DNA of 64,000 bases from Oopsacas minuta. Taxonomy: Eukaryota; Animalia; Porifera. The position numbers and the translations under genes were made by a program. This document shows positions 43,801 through 54,996 of this stretch, piece after piece; within the stretch, counting starts at the first letter, position 1; each line of letters opens with the position of its first letter. The notes beneath the pieces are model-generated. The model was not told where the DNA came from. It ran no database searches and saw only the letters and a program-made list of their open reading frames with translations. The stretch covers positions 372,001 to 436,000 of the forward strand of contig JAKMXF010000365.1 of NCBI GenBank assembly GCA_024704765.1, written 5' to 3'.

Positions 43801-46800
43801 CAACAAAATAGAGATAAAAGTTAGTTATTTAACGCCAGTCTTAGCTTCTAAATTTCATAAAGTGATCGTTCTCAATTAATTCTGAAGTTAACAGCTCGAT
43901 TCTCTTCGTTTATTCTTCATTCCTTCTAATTTTGTTTGGAATTCTATTTTTATTTCGTTCTTTTCATCGAAACTTAACTTTGCGTTTAGAGCTAATTTTG
44001 ATTTTTCTACATGCGAATCCACTGCAAATCCTAGCAACCCAAACAGTGAGAAGAATGCATTGTTGCTCTCACACATAGGGTTTTGGAATGTAGCTCCTCT
44101 TCCGTGTTTTGTAAGGAGCTTATGAGTTTCTTCTGTGAACTCTACAACCTCGCTTCTATCTGTATCCTCGTCTGAGAATTCATCTGTCAGAGCTGAAGTA
44201 GAAATGGAAGTGGTTTTCATTGAGCTGATTTCAATAGGAGATTCCAGACCCTCACTCTTAACGCTACCTGTCCTCTTGATTGTCATTATCCCTTCAGATC
44301 TCTGTATCGTTGCAATTCTATCATTTTTTATCTTTCGTAAGTCGTGCTTGTCTGCTACACTCTTAAGCGCTGCTGTGTATTCCTCTTCGTAGTGTGATTT
44401 GTTCCAGACTGGTTGGAATGAGAATCCTACTCTAGCAAGTGCTGCGAATACTAATGTGTCGCTTGTTTGGATGTAGAATAAGTTCCTATCTGCCTGCGCT
44501 GCACTCAGTTTAATCTCTTTCTCAACTTTATTGACTGGAATCTCAAACGCTTCTCCTATATACCTCGCAATCTGGTTCGTAATATTCATCCACTTGCCGT
44601 GAGACTGAGATTTTGTGTGTTTTACACGTTTCCTAAACTTGATACAGATGTTACGTGTGGCATGAACTTTCCCGTTAAATATCACGGATGCGTCCAGGAA
44701 TTCTGATCGAGTTGTTAACACGCTAACGAACTGGTTATACGCTTCGGCTATCGATTCACTGTTGTTTGGTACGAATAAACGAATTATTTGTGAAATTCTT
44801 TCCATTGGAATATCTCGAATTTTGAATTCTGTATTTTGCTGGAATTGTTTTTTCATTTCTACCCATTTGTATGGATGGGAGAGGTTGGTATATGATTGTT
44901 CATTGCTGTTCATTGTCTCTGTTGGTTGCTGAATTTCCCGTTTTTTACCAGCATATATATATATATGTCTAATAATTGAAGATTATGTAATGGGTAATCA
45001 TTATGAATATCTTCAATTACTTTGTATTAATATGATCCTGTAGTATTTCCTTTGATTAGTTAACATCTAGCTAGACTTAGTGCAAAGTGATTAGATACTA
45101 TTTGATTGAAAGTACATGTAAATTATCCTATATCTCCTATGAACTATGATAATCTGAGAACTGCAGGTTTATACTAGGATATTGATAAGAGAGTTTTAGG
45201 GATTTATCCTTTACTATTTGTTGTGTACCTTGACTCTAATTACTTTGTATATACCAGTACACTGCGGTTTGTTTTTACAGTCTAACATTACATTAGGATA
45301 AAATAAAGAAATAATTGTACTGTCAAATAGCCAAACATGAACTTTCCATTCTCCCTAATGATTTAAATTACTTAACATACAATATTCTTCCTGGCTATTA
45401 CACATACTTCTCACACTAAGCCATTCCTAAGAGTATATATATTTATGATTATTGCTAACAATAAATTAGCCGATTGCTTTATCAAGTGCAAGCGAGTGTT
45501 CCTAGTGTTTAGAAGGTTCTTTCAAATCGCCAATTGGTAATTATTGTCTCCCTTTTAGTACTACTGATACTTTTTTTACTAATCTTCCTACACAAATATG
45601 TGCTAATGCATTAACATATAAATAATATTACATAATATTCAGCTTATTTATCTAAGTTTAACTTGTACAAATTTACCTATGATTATCACCATTATTATTA
45701 TTTATTATCATTGTATCATATGACTCGAAATATTATTATTGATTATGTCAGAATTAATATAAATATCTTAGCAAAATAATGTGGTTATCTAGCTTTTCCC
45801 TTGCTTGTTCACAGGTGTAATTCAAGGCTATCAGAGAGTCGGAGATGCCTCAAAGGGTACCAACTTGAGTGGAAATCTTCATGCTGAATTAATTATTATA
45901 TGTACTGGTGCGTATATTTACGTTACTAAAGATGTACGAAGCTACATGCTTATTGTATTTATGAGATATTGTCTATATTTACTAAATAATCTTTGGTAGA
46001 AAAGCCAACAAAAGATCTTTTACAGAAAATAATAGATATGCTCCCTCCAATATTAGCTGTGAGTTTGTGAATGATTCAATACTTTGCTTATACTTATTAC
46101 TTCTTAGAAAATCGTCAATTGTCTAATTATAGTGATTTCTTATTTCGTTTGCCGGAATTATCGATAACACTTCAATTGTGCAATATGGTCATATGAATTC
46201 ATTGTAGCCATCTCAACAATATGTCATACAGCATACATACTTGCACACAGATCGACTACATGTATACATTAGAGTCTTTACATATTCTTACCTTCATAAC
46301 CACATGCAATCATGATTGTGCTGAAAATTCCAATCCTCCTTGTTCGTAATTATTTCAAGATATTTCTTACATTATCGCTTAATAATCAAATACGTTATCA
46401 ATATTACCTTATTGTACTTGTTGTCGTCATTATCGTAAAATACAATTCTCTATTTGTAATTCAAATTGTTTGATTCATTGTATTCCCAATATGTCTGCTA
46501 CAGAGTACAGTTATAGTCCATCCTCATATCTTCTTTAGCCCACCTCCCATTATGATTTACTCATAATATCTTCCATACAGATTAAAACTGCTTGCTCTGA
46601 GCATCAGTAATCTGTACGTATTGTATTCTCTTATAGGATGTAACAAAGTTCTCATATCAGGTCACTCATCAACCTGATAACGCAGGATTCCAGGTTGTAT
46701 ATACAGAAGATGAGATCAATGTATGCGTAACTGTTACCCTTACGTCCCTGGATATGCGGGAACAGATACAGGAAGATGAAGCTAAAGGTTTTAATATTTT

Positions 46801-48092
46801 AATTCCGGGTCTAACTTTTCTCTTGTTTCCTTTCTAGCTTAATAATTAATAACCGACATATTTAAAGGATAAATATAGCCATTGATTTAGTTATTTCGAG
46901 GGAAACAGGAATTATATGTATATTTACATTAATTTGTATTGCTAACATACTCCCTTATCCTGAGGTGATAATCCATTGAAGCTAATTGGGAGATGAAGTC
47001 CGATTCAGAGTTTGGACATCTAAGATATTGTTAATAGTATCTGTTAATGCAGAGGGGATTTACTTATATATTTGGACTGTTGTTCTAATCTACTTTCCTC
47101 TCCCACTTAGCGGATGAAAGCAAAGGTGTTCTGGATCGCTCTTCATGCCAGAGAGCGCTCTACCAAATGAGGCGCACGAAATGGTTCCAGGTTTGCAAAG
47201 AACTATATACCCCTTGTTCATACCGTATAGGAATAATAGTAGTATTAGATATTTCTTTACTATACATGTATTTATCAATTGGAGCAGTTTATATTCCAGT
47301 ATATGCTCTCAATTGGGGTTACGTTCTATGCCAACTTGTACTATATTATAATGCTCTCGCGAAATATCACAGATTTAATGGTTATTTGATTTGTGTAGGG
47401 ACAGGCTATCAACTTGCCGTCCTATATTCTGATTATAAGAGTTCTCAAAGACATAGCTAGAAGGGTACCTGCTTGGACATGTATGGACTCGTGGGTAAGA
47501 ATTATACGCTAGATAACCGAGAAACATTTTTAACTAACTCTCTTCAGATGTTAGAACTTTTGCTGCAAAAAGTATTGAGCGTTTCACCAGCAGAATACAC
47601 AAGACCTGGTGATACTATTAGAAGTGTGGTTGCTTGTATCGCTTCAGGATTCTTCCTACCAGGTTTATATTGTGTATTATTTACAGAGAATTAATTGAGA
47701 TATGAGAATTCTTATTATAGGATCTCCTGGGTTGATGGATCCATGTGAGAAGGATAAAGTAGATGCTAGTAGTCAGCTTACTCCACAGATGAGAGAAGAT
47801 CTAACATTCAGTGCTCAGGTAGTTATCCTGTATATTTAATGAGTCTTGAATTTCCTGATTAATCGTATTTATCTAGCATGCTCTGAGATTGATATCTTTC
47901 AAACAACTGCATAAAGTTCTGGGTTTAGAGAACGCACCAAAGATGCAAGATCTCCAGGAGTCTGTCTCTCATCATAGAATGCCAATGCGCAGATTCTCAC
48001 TATACAGGTCTTGGAGACCCAAAAGAAAATCATCATCTACTCCTGATAGCGAGAAGAAACAGAAAGTAGAAGACACACCAGCTGAGACCTGA
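40808..48092 (+). CDS. ZFR: Zinc finger RNA-binding protein (matrin-type zinc fingers plus DZF domain), multi-exon
   Basis: Q/Y/P-rich N-terminus; ZnFs YFCETCKVSC..AYNTHLSGKSH and [31 protein letters not shown]; DZF exons RVIQGYQRVG, EKPTKDLL, RRTKWFQ, LIIRVLKDIARRVPAW, GLMDPCEKD and REDLTFSAQHALRLISFKQLHKVLG. Includes a 14-nt microexon at 42610-42623. Confidence 0.93.
43888..44913 (-). CDS. Intronless orphan protein (341 aa) nested antisense in a ZFR intron
   Basis: ATG-started 1026-nt ORF in otherwise stop-rich AT-rich DNA; lies within ZFR intron 43725..45814. Confidence 0.75.
   Translation of the reverse strand: MNSNEQSYTNLSHPYKWVEMKKQFQQNTEFKIRDIPMERISQIIRLFVPNNSESIAEAYNQFVSVLTTRSEFLDASVIFNGKVHATRNICIKFRKRVKHTKSQSHGKWMNITNQIARYIGEAFEIPVNKVEKEIKLSAAQADRNLFYIQTSDTLVFAALARVGFSFQPVWNKSHYEEEYTAALKSVADKHDLRKIKNDRIATIQRSEGIMTIKRTGSVKSEGLESPIEISSMKTTSISTSALTDEFSDEDTDRSEVVEFTEETHKLLTKHGRGATFQNPMCESNNAFFSLFGLLGFAVDSHVEKSKLALNAKLSFDEKNEIKIEFQTKLEGMKNKRRESSC
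44953..44966. repeat. Short (AT)n microsatellite upstream of the nested orphan gene
   Basis: About seven AT units read directly. Confidence 0.8.
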
Positions 48093-48326
48093 TCAACTGT
48101 GTCTGCTCTTATAACTTAGCATCCTTATCATTTCGAAACTAAAATAAATTCTTAGAATAATATAGAAATAGTGACTCGGTAACTAATTCTCGTGTTGATA
48201 TATCTTTCTATTTTTCTTTTTCGTCATTGCTATAAACAAATCAACGTATATGCATCTGTTCATTTACAGTTAAGGGAAATTTCAATGTATTTTCAAAAAG
48301 AAATAATATAAACAAAATGTACATAA

Positions 48327-51300
48327 TTACACGGCTCTATGTGCTGCTTGCACTACCCTATTGTAACACCTTATTTCATCAGCTGTGAGGTTATGCCAGA
48401 CTTCTACATAGTAATCAAATCCATCCATATCAATAACTTCTTTATTGCTAGCCTTACGAATAATTATAACATGCGAATCTGTCATTGTAATAGCTGCTGG
48501 GATTTTCAAATGTTTTGCTGAATAGTATTCTGCTTGTGTTTTGATAATACAGAGTACACTGAGTTGATCAAATGCTGTATTTGCATCACATATACAGATC
48601 TTTCCATCCTCAAGGAATGTCCATACCGTTTCTCTTCCAACATGAAGACTTGATATAGGCGCATCCACTGCTCCTGCTTGACAATACATATCTATTATAT
48701 CGATATGATCTAGTCCAGGTTTAAGAGATCTATTCGATTGGGATAGGTAATCCAGCTTCTGCATCATTTTTGGGTTCACGTTTTTGAGTGGTGTAATTTC
48801 GAGGGAAGCTCTACACTCCTCGGCGTATGAATAGCTTTTGTGATTGAAGTTAAGAATATGAGGATTAATTTTAGTTTTCATATTCTTGCGAGTTCGAGAA
48901 GGTTCTGGAGTCTTCTGGATAATGCTCCCGTTTCTACCCAGATACTTACTCTCCTTCTTGTGTACTAGATCTGAGAATTCATGTATCCTCCTTGATTGGT
49001 AATCTATTTTCCAAATATTTAATTCTCTTTTGTCATTAAGCCAAATACATTTTCCAGCAAATACAATGTCTCCTACCTCTACTACGTTATTAATTGGTGG
49101 GAGCACATCAATAACTTTTGGTACTTGGAAACTCATGTCCAATACTACAAGGTATGCTGCGTTATTCTTCCCATAGCATAGCCATAGCTCGTTGTTATTA
49201 ACAGTACATACACTGCCTATACTACCGTCTGCCATATACACTGTTGATTTGCTGAAGTTTACTATGTCAAATCTTTGAGATTCTTTCGCATGAAGGAAAT
49301 CTCCACTTAGTTGAATTTGATATGAGGCGATTTCTCGTGCAAGAACAACGATCAGATTAATTTCCATATGCTGCTCTGTTTCTTCAATTGGGAAAGCGAC
49401 TAGTTTACGTACACAGTCTTCTCTCTCTTCGAACATTAGGTTCATTTGTGGGAGACTGTACATCATAATTACCCCAGGATCACCTTTATCGTGTGTAGCA
49501 GCTAACCACATGAATGAATTGTATATTAGTATAGAGGTAACGTGAGGATACTCAATACGAATATCATTGAAGTATTCCCCTGTAGTCGTGTTCATTAGAA
49601 TAATATCAGTCTCTTCTTCAGTTGAACTGCTTATAACGACTACACTGTCATCTGATGTGGTAGCACGGGTTGAGCATGATTTTATGTCGAGAAAATCCGC
49701 GCGATTTGTTGGGCCATCAAACATTTCGTATCTATCTGTCTGGTTGATATGTTGAAACTTGCTTTGTAAGTTGGGTGTACAACCTCGTATTTCTGGATTA
49801 TAGCTTCCTGATAGATCTTTAGCACCACTTGAACTGTTAGATAGCGTAATGTTGTTTCTATTAGGTGGAAATAGACTATCCATCATACTCTTCGTTAAGT
49901 CAATTCCCTTCTCACTGGGTAGTGTAGCTGTTACAATCTGGTAAGCACCAGTTATCTTTCCGCGAGTATTAATGTTAGATGCCTTGTTCTTTATAACGAA
50001 TTTAACTTCTGAGAGTTCTTGTAGAATCTCGTTTGTGCTCGGTCTCATTTGAGGTAGTTGCTCCCAACAGCGTTGTATCAAGTTTAACATATGGATTGGG
50101 ATCTCCTTGCTACTACACACTGGCCTCACTCCGTTTCTAACTTTATCAAGTACGTTTCTATCTCCAGCTGCTGGATTTCTACCAAATAGCAATTCACATA
50201 GAAACATAGCATACGAGTATACATCTACTTTCTGATCCACTGCTAGAAATACTCCTTCTTCGGGAAAGAGTTCCGGTGCCATGAACCCAGCGGTTCCCTT
50301 ATAACCCCTGAAGCCTTTGGGTACGATCATTTCTGATATTCCGTAATCTGTCAGCTTAATATGTAGCTGTGAGTACATGTCTAAACTCATCACTAGGAGG
50401 TTAGCAGATTTTAGGTCGAAATAAATAATACTATTTCTATGAAGATAGTCCAATGCAGATGCAACTTCTATTGCAATCTGGTGAGTAAGAATTGTGCCCA
50501 AGACTCCATTCTTCATAGACCCTAACCCGTACTCTTGTAGGTGATAATCTAATACTTTGTTCAGAGAACTGTGAGCTGCATACTCTAGTACGAGACACAA
50601 GGGACTTGTAGTTACAGCTATGATACCCATCAAGTAAGGATGTTGTAATTTTTGTAGAAACACTGCTTCTTTTCGCATATCTAAATACTCCTTTGATCTC
50701 TTTGTATGAGGAAAATTAAGTTTTGATGGAACTTTGACAGCAACATCCTGTCCTTTGTACATATGCTTATACACAGCTCCTTCTGCCCCTACTCCTATCT
50801 TCATTGCTGTATTTTTGTTGAAGTTGAGTTCCTTGTTTGTGATGAGAATATTATTTCGTTGATCTTTTAAGAAATACTCAGGCAATAGATCTTCTATTAC
50901 ATAGTTTTGTTTGCTGACGTCACAGTAATATGAGTCTGCATCAGAGCTTAACAAATCCTCTACTGATAACAAATGTAATCTAGCATTCCTAAGACAACCA
51001 TCACAGGGTATCATCCTGCAACAGGTATCTGATATTTGTATAAACTGTTCCTGCCTAGCTAGGTTCTCAATTGCATCACAGATATTTCCCAGTCGTTTTA
51101 AGCTCTTATCCACTCCCTTGCTATGAATAGCTACAGAAATAAAGAAACTTATTCCAGCACGTCTAAGCTCAAGAGTCTGCTCGTCTATTATTTTCCTCCC
51201 TCGTACAATATGGTAAGAGAGAATATTGTTTGATAACTGATCCACTCCTGCTTGTGTTATGAGGATGTGCTGATCTCCAATGAACACTTCTAGGCCATTC

Positions 51301-54300
51301 TCCCAAAGCACTAGATTCCAGCTGCTCGGTTTAAACTGGTAATCTGAGGCCTGTTTCGTATGAGAGGTCAGGTACACGATTAATAGGGAGAAAAAATGTC
51401 GAGGAGTTGTTTCGAAACAATACAACCGATTGAATTGCGGCATTTGCATAATAATCCTGTCAATCCCCTTTGCTTGGATGTAGAATGAACTCTCAAAGTC
51501 AAACTCCATCAGCTCTGATTTGGGTATAATAGCTGGTCTATCTTTATGCAAAAACTGTAGAGCTAATACTATCGTATCTGTGATTTCAAATGCTAGCTCG
51601 TGCTGCTCTAGAATCGCTATAATAGCTTTGGTAACTTTCTCATTGGGGTTATAGCATTGTATTATCTGTTTCAACTCTAGCATTGTCGTTTTACCACATT
51701 CGCTTTGTATTGTGATGGCTGATGTTGCCACGAACCTAAGAATGAAATCGTAGAGAACATTAGGTTTAGTGAAAAAGTAGGAATCTAAGTTGGACCATGT
51801 ATCCTTGCAGTGAAACAGATACCCACAGGATTGGAGGAGGTTTGTAAACTCAGTCCTATCTTTATCTGTCCAATGATGTCCTGTTGATGCTCTCTCGCAT
51901 ATGCCAAAGAATTCATTTTTCATAAATACAAAATTTTCTATATCCTTCTCATTTCTTTCAAAATAATCAAATACTTTCTGCATGTAATCTGGTACTTTAC
52001 TCAATTTATTGCATACTACTTCTCCCCAGTTGTACACTTCTTTTCGTATCCAATCTGGATCTTTGAATTGCATTATAGCATGGAAATTCTCCCAGGTTCT
52101 AAAATTCGCGATAACTTCCTTTTGCACATCTTTCTCTATCTGTTGAGAGAGATCTAGAAGTAAGGAGACTCTGTCTGGAGATATTGAAAGGTTTTTATCG
52201 AATACGGCTCCTAGCCATTCTTTAGCCTCGAAAATACTTGCATATCTTCTGGTTATATCATTGGTGATTATATACAGTGTTCTCTCTCCTTCAAGCATAG
52301 ATTTGATAGAATTAAACCCATCTAAATTGTCAATAACCCACACGCGGATTTTGAGGAGTGGTCGTTGTCCCTTAGAGAATATAGACTCGTTTTTCTTTCC
52401 ATTACAATACATCTGTGTATCATACATTGTGATGTTTTGTAGGCGTGGACTATCTAAAACAAGTTTCTTACGATTAAGGCCCAAAATATCTAATTCCAGT
52501 CGTTGTAACACAACGCTAGGATATCCCAGTATGACCAACTGAATAGCGTACATGTTCTCTGAGTTAAGCCGTTCCTCTTCTAGGTATTTGATTATTTTGC
52601 TTACATTAAGGTAGAATTGACCTGGTGATGGCTGATACTGTTTTGGGAGGTTACCAAGAGGAGTTTGTTCTACGCTAATCAAAGATAGGTTCTGCAGTAG
52701 ACTTAAGTCTGCAGGGAGATCATTCAAATTGGGGTTGTGGTTTAAATAGAGGAAGCGGAGGTTCTTTAACATGATCACAAAATGAGGCAATTCGTGTAGA
52801 AGGTTGTCAGATATATCAAGAAGGAATAGAGTTTTTTCAAAGCAAGCAAGATTCGGCCTTGTGTTTTCACAATACATAGTAATACCAGTGATGCCATAGA
52901 ATTCACGAGAGAATAGACGAGGATTGTGTGCTATCCTTAGCTCGCTCAGCTGACACTCCCAAGCTGAATCTGGTGGGAATTCATGGAGATCATTATTGTT
53001 CATGTTCAGATAAAGCAGCATACGAAGTTTCGTGATACACTGAGGTATCCATGTGAATGAATTGTTTGCTAAAATTAACGTACGTAAAGTCATCTTCCAT
53101 AAACCAGGAGGATGATGGAAAGGAAATGAACTTAATTTGTTAATATTAAGATCGATTAACTCCAATCTAGAACTCAGATGCCAGTTTGCAGGGAAATTAT
53201 CAATCTTGTTATTTCTACACTTCAGCTCTGTCATTTTCCTGAATTGTCCTATTGGTTCAGGTATTGTCTCCAGCTGATTCTCACTCACATCTAACTTCTT
53301 TAAGTTAGATTCTGCAGCAGCTGTTAGACAATTCGAGAAATCTTGATCATCCCAGAAGGTGAATCGATTTATTTTATTTTTCGTAACGTAAAGCTGTTCA
53401 ATATGAGACATACACAAGTATATGAAAGGAAGTTCTTTCAAGTTGTTACGTTTGATATCTAGTAATACTAGCTGATTCTTACAGGGGTAAGACAGCTCAG
53501 GAAGTGTCTCAATGAGATTATCGTTTAATCCAAGCATGGATAATGAAGGCAAATATCCATTGAAGAATTCTGGTATAACATTACATAATTTGTTGTTAGC
53601 TAGGTCTATGGTAATAATATGATAATCAGTCAATGATTTTAGGAGTCGTGTGTTTAAAGGCGTCCATCTTCTCCAATTCTTCCCTATCCATTTCGCTTCT
53701 ACGTTATTATCCAGGATATTTACTCCTTGAATAGGCATGAGGTTATTCATTACTCTCTCTTTAATCGGTATTAGATTTTTTCGCATCAGATAAGACACCA
53801 ATGGTTCATTATCAGCCTCATTGGCTAGTCTCATTACGTCTTTGAGTGTTTCAGTTTTACCTTGAGATCTCATCAACTCCTCCAGTATCAAAAATATTTC
53901 ATAACCATCAATTCTCGTAGCTATAAAGTCAACTAACCTTTCAGCATCATTATCATCAATTCCAATCCCTAGGAATATCAGGTACTTCAATGTGGGAGCG
54001 TCTAGGTTAACGATTGCATTCGTAATGAAATCTTCTAATAGAACTGCCCCGTGGTTGTGCAATACCTTCAATATTTCTAGCTGTCCATGCTTAACTGATA
54101 GTTCTGCTAATCCAGTCAATGTTTCAGAATCAAATATCTTATTAAACTGTAGTAGAAAGAACTCTGTGCATACCGTACAGCCATTCATAACAAACTGTTT
54201 CGCAGTATACATTATTTTCTCTTGAGTTAACTGTAACTTATCTCTACGACCAATAAGTTCATCATAGTCATTTTCTTGTCTAAGGAAGCTAACGAGAAAC

Positions 54301-54392
54301 AATTTCAACTCTTCATCCTCAATTACCTTTGTAATCACATCGATTTCTTTTGAATTAAGGGAGTTAGTTCGAAATACTTCTATATCTGCCAT
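48327..54392 (-). CDS. LRRK1-like Roco protein kinase (ANK-like, LRR, degenerate ROC, COR, kinase, WD40-like), intronless, ~2021 aa
   Basis: LRRs; COR segment YLFHCKD..LDSYFFTKPNVL; kinase GVGAEG, VAVK, IIYFDLKSANLLV, KLTDYGIS and GTAGFMAPE (DYG is the LRRK hallmark). ATG at 54392; the ORF-track start is TTG. Confidence 0.9.
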   Translation of the reverse strand: MADIEVFRTNSLNSKEIDVITKVIEDEELKLFLVSFLRQENDYDELIGRRDKLQLTQEKIMYTAKQFVMNGCTVCTEFFLLQFNKIFDSETLTGLAELSVKHGQLEILKVLHNHGAVLLEDFITNAIVNLDAPTLKYLIFLGIGIDDNDAERLVDFIATRIDGYEIFLILEELMRSQGKTETLKDVMRLANEADNEPLVSYLMRKNLIPIKERVMNNLMPIQGVNILDNNVEAKWIGKNWRRWTPLNTRLLKSLTDYHIITIDLANNKLCNVIPEFFNGYLPSLSMLGLNDNLIETLPELSYPCKNQLVLLDIKRNNLKELPFIYLCMSHIEQLYVTKNKINRFTFWDDQDFSNCLTAAAESNLKKLDVSENQLETIPEPIGQFRKMTELKCRNNKIDNFPANWHLSSRLELIDLNINKLSSFPFHHPPGLWKMTLRTLILANNSFTWIPQCITKLRMLLYLNMNNNDLHEFPPDSAWECQLSELRIAHNPRLFSREFYGITGITMYCENTRPNLACFEKTLFLLDISDNLLHELPHFVIMLKNLRFLYLNHNPNLNDLPADLSLLQNLSLISVEQTPLGNLPKQYQPSPGQFYLNVSKIIKYLEEERLNSENMYAIQLVILGYPSVVLQRLELDILGLNRKKLVLDSPRLQNITMYDTQMYCNGKKNESIFSKGQRPLLKIRVWVIDNLDGFNSIKSMLEGERTLYIITNDITRRYASIFEAKEWLGAVFDKNLSISPDRVSLLLDLSQQIEKDVQKEVIANFRTWENFHAIMQFKDPDWIRKEVYNWGEVVCNKLSKVPDYMQKVFDYFERNEKDIENFVFMKNEFFGICERASTGHHWTDKDRTEFTNLLQSCGYLFHCKDTWSNLDSYFFTKPNVLYDFILRFVATSAITIQSECGKTTMLELKQIIQCYNPNEKVTKAIIAILEQHELAFEITDTIVLALQFLHKDRPAIIPKSELMEFDFESSFYIQAKGIDRIIMQMPQFNRLYCFETTPRHFFSLLIVYLTSHTKQASDYQFKPSSWNLVLWENGLEVFIGDQHILITQAGVDQLSNNILSYHIVRGRKIIDEQTLELRRAGISFFISVAIHSKGVDKSLKRLGNICDAIENLARQEQFIQISDTCCRMIPCDGCLRNARLHLLSVEDLLSSDADSYYCDVSKQNYVIEDLLPEYFLKDQRNNILITNKELNFNKNTAMKIGVGAEGAVYKHMYKGQDVAVKVPSKLNFPHTKRSKEYLDMRKEAVFLQKLQHPYLMGIIAVTTSPLCLVLEYAAHSSLNKVLDYHLQEYGLGSMKNGVLGTILTHQIAIEVASALDYLHRNSIIYFDLKSANLLVMSLDMYSQLHIKLTDYGISEMIVPKGFRGYKGTAGFMAPELFPEEGVFLAVDQKVDVYSYAMFLCELLFGRNPAAGDRNVLDKVRNGVRPVCSSKEIPIHMLNLIQRCWEQLPQMRPSTNEILQELSEVKFVIKNKASNINTRGKITGAYQIVTATLPSEKGIDLTKSMMDSLFPPNRNNITLSNSSSGAKDLSGSYNPEIRGCTPNLQSKFQHINQTDRYEMFDGPTNRADFLDIKSCSTRATTSDDSVVVISSSTEEETDIILMNTTTGEYFNDIRIEYPHVTSILIYNSFMWLAATHDKGDPGVIMMYSLPQMNLMFEEREDCVRKLVAFPIEETEQHMEINLIVVLAREIASYQIQLSGDFLHAKESQRFDIVNFSKSTVYMADGSIGSVCTVNNNELWLCYGKNNAAYLVVLDMSFQVPKVIDVLPPINNVVEVGDIVFAGKCIWLNDKRELNIWKIDYQSRRIHEFSDLVHKKESKYLGRNGSIIQKTPEPSRTRKNMKTKINPHILNFNHKSYSYAEECRASLEITPLKNVNPKMMQKLDYLSQSNRSLKPGLDHIDIIDMYCQAGAVDAPISSLHVGRETVWTFLEDGKICICDANTAFDQLSVLCIIKTQAEYYSAKHLKIPAAITMTDSHVIIIRKASNKEVIDMDGFDYYVEVWHNLTADEIRCYNRVVQAAHRAV

Positions 54393-54996
54393 ACTATTTC
54401 TATGATAGTACAAAATAGCTTAGTGTCTTAGTCCTAATGTATCATATTATATACGATGTCATCTCAGGTATAATTACAGTAGAATTGTATTAGTGTCCTT
54501 TTCAAATAGCATAGTTATTCCCCCCTCAATTAGCTCTATAATATTACACTATTGATAATATTCTATAATTTTACTTCTTAACTTATATTACTAATATCGT
54601 GTAATTATCCTATTTTAAATATTACAATTTGTATTTCATATTTAACTTGCAAGAAATTTGGATAAACTGTGACATTGATAGGTCATGTATTGGGGTTATT
54701 AATATATGTGTACTTGCAAAAATTAATTATTTCAATCTATTATTATAACAAAAGTTATCACACAAGTTTAAGACTACATGGCTGTAGTTGTTAGCAGAAG
54801 TATGTATATTTTGGCTTACACTGTCCACAAGGTTAGAACTTTGTAATCTTTTGTTTAATTAAATACAATGTTATCATTTTCAATATCATGAGCGATTTGG
54901 CTAAGAGGATATGTAGAATTCATCTGTTCAGTATATTGCATTAATTCATTTGTGTCATATGCTCGTTTGCATATTAATTAGTAAACACATCCGTTG

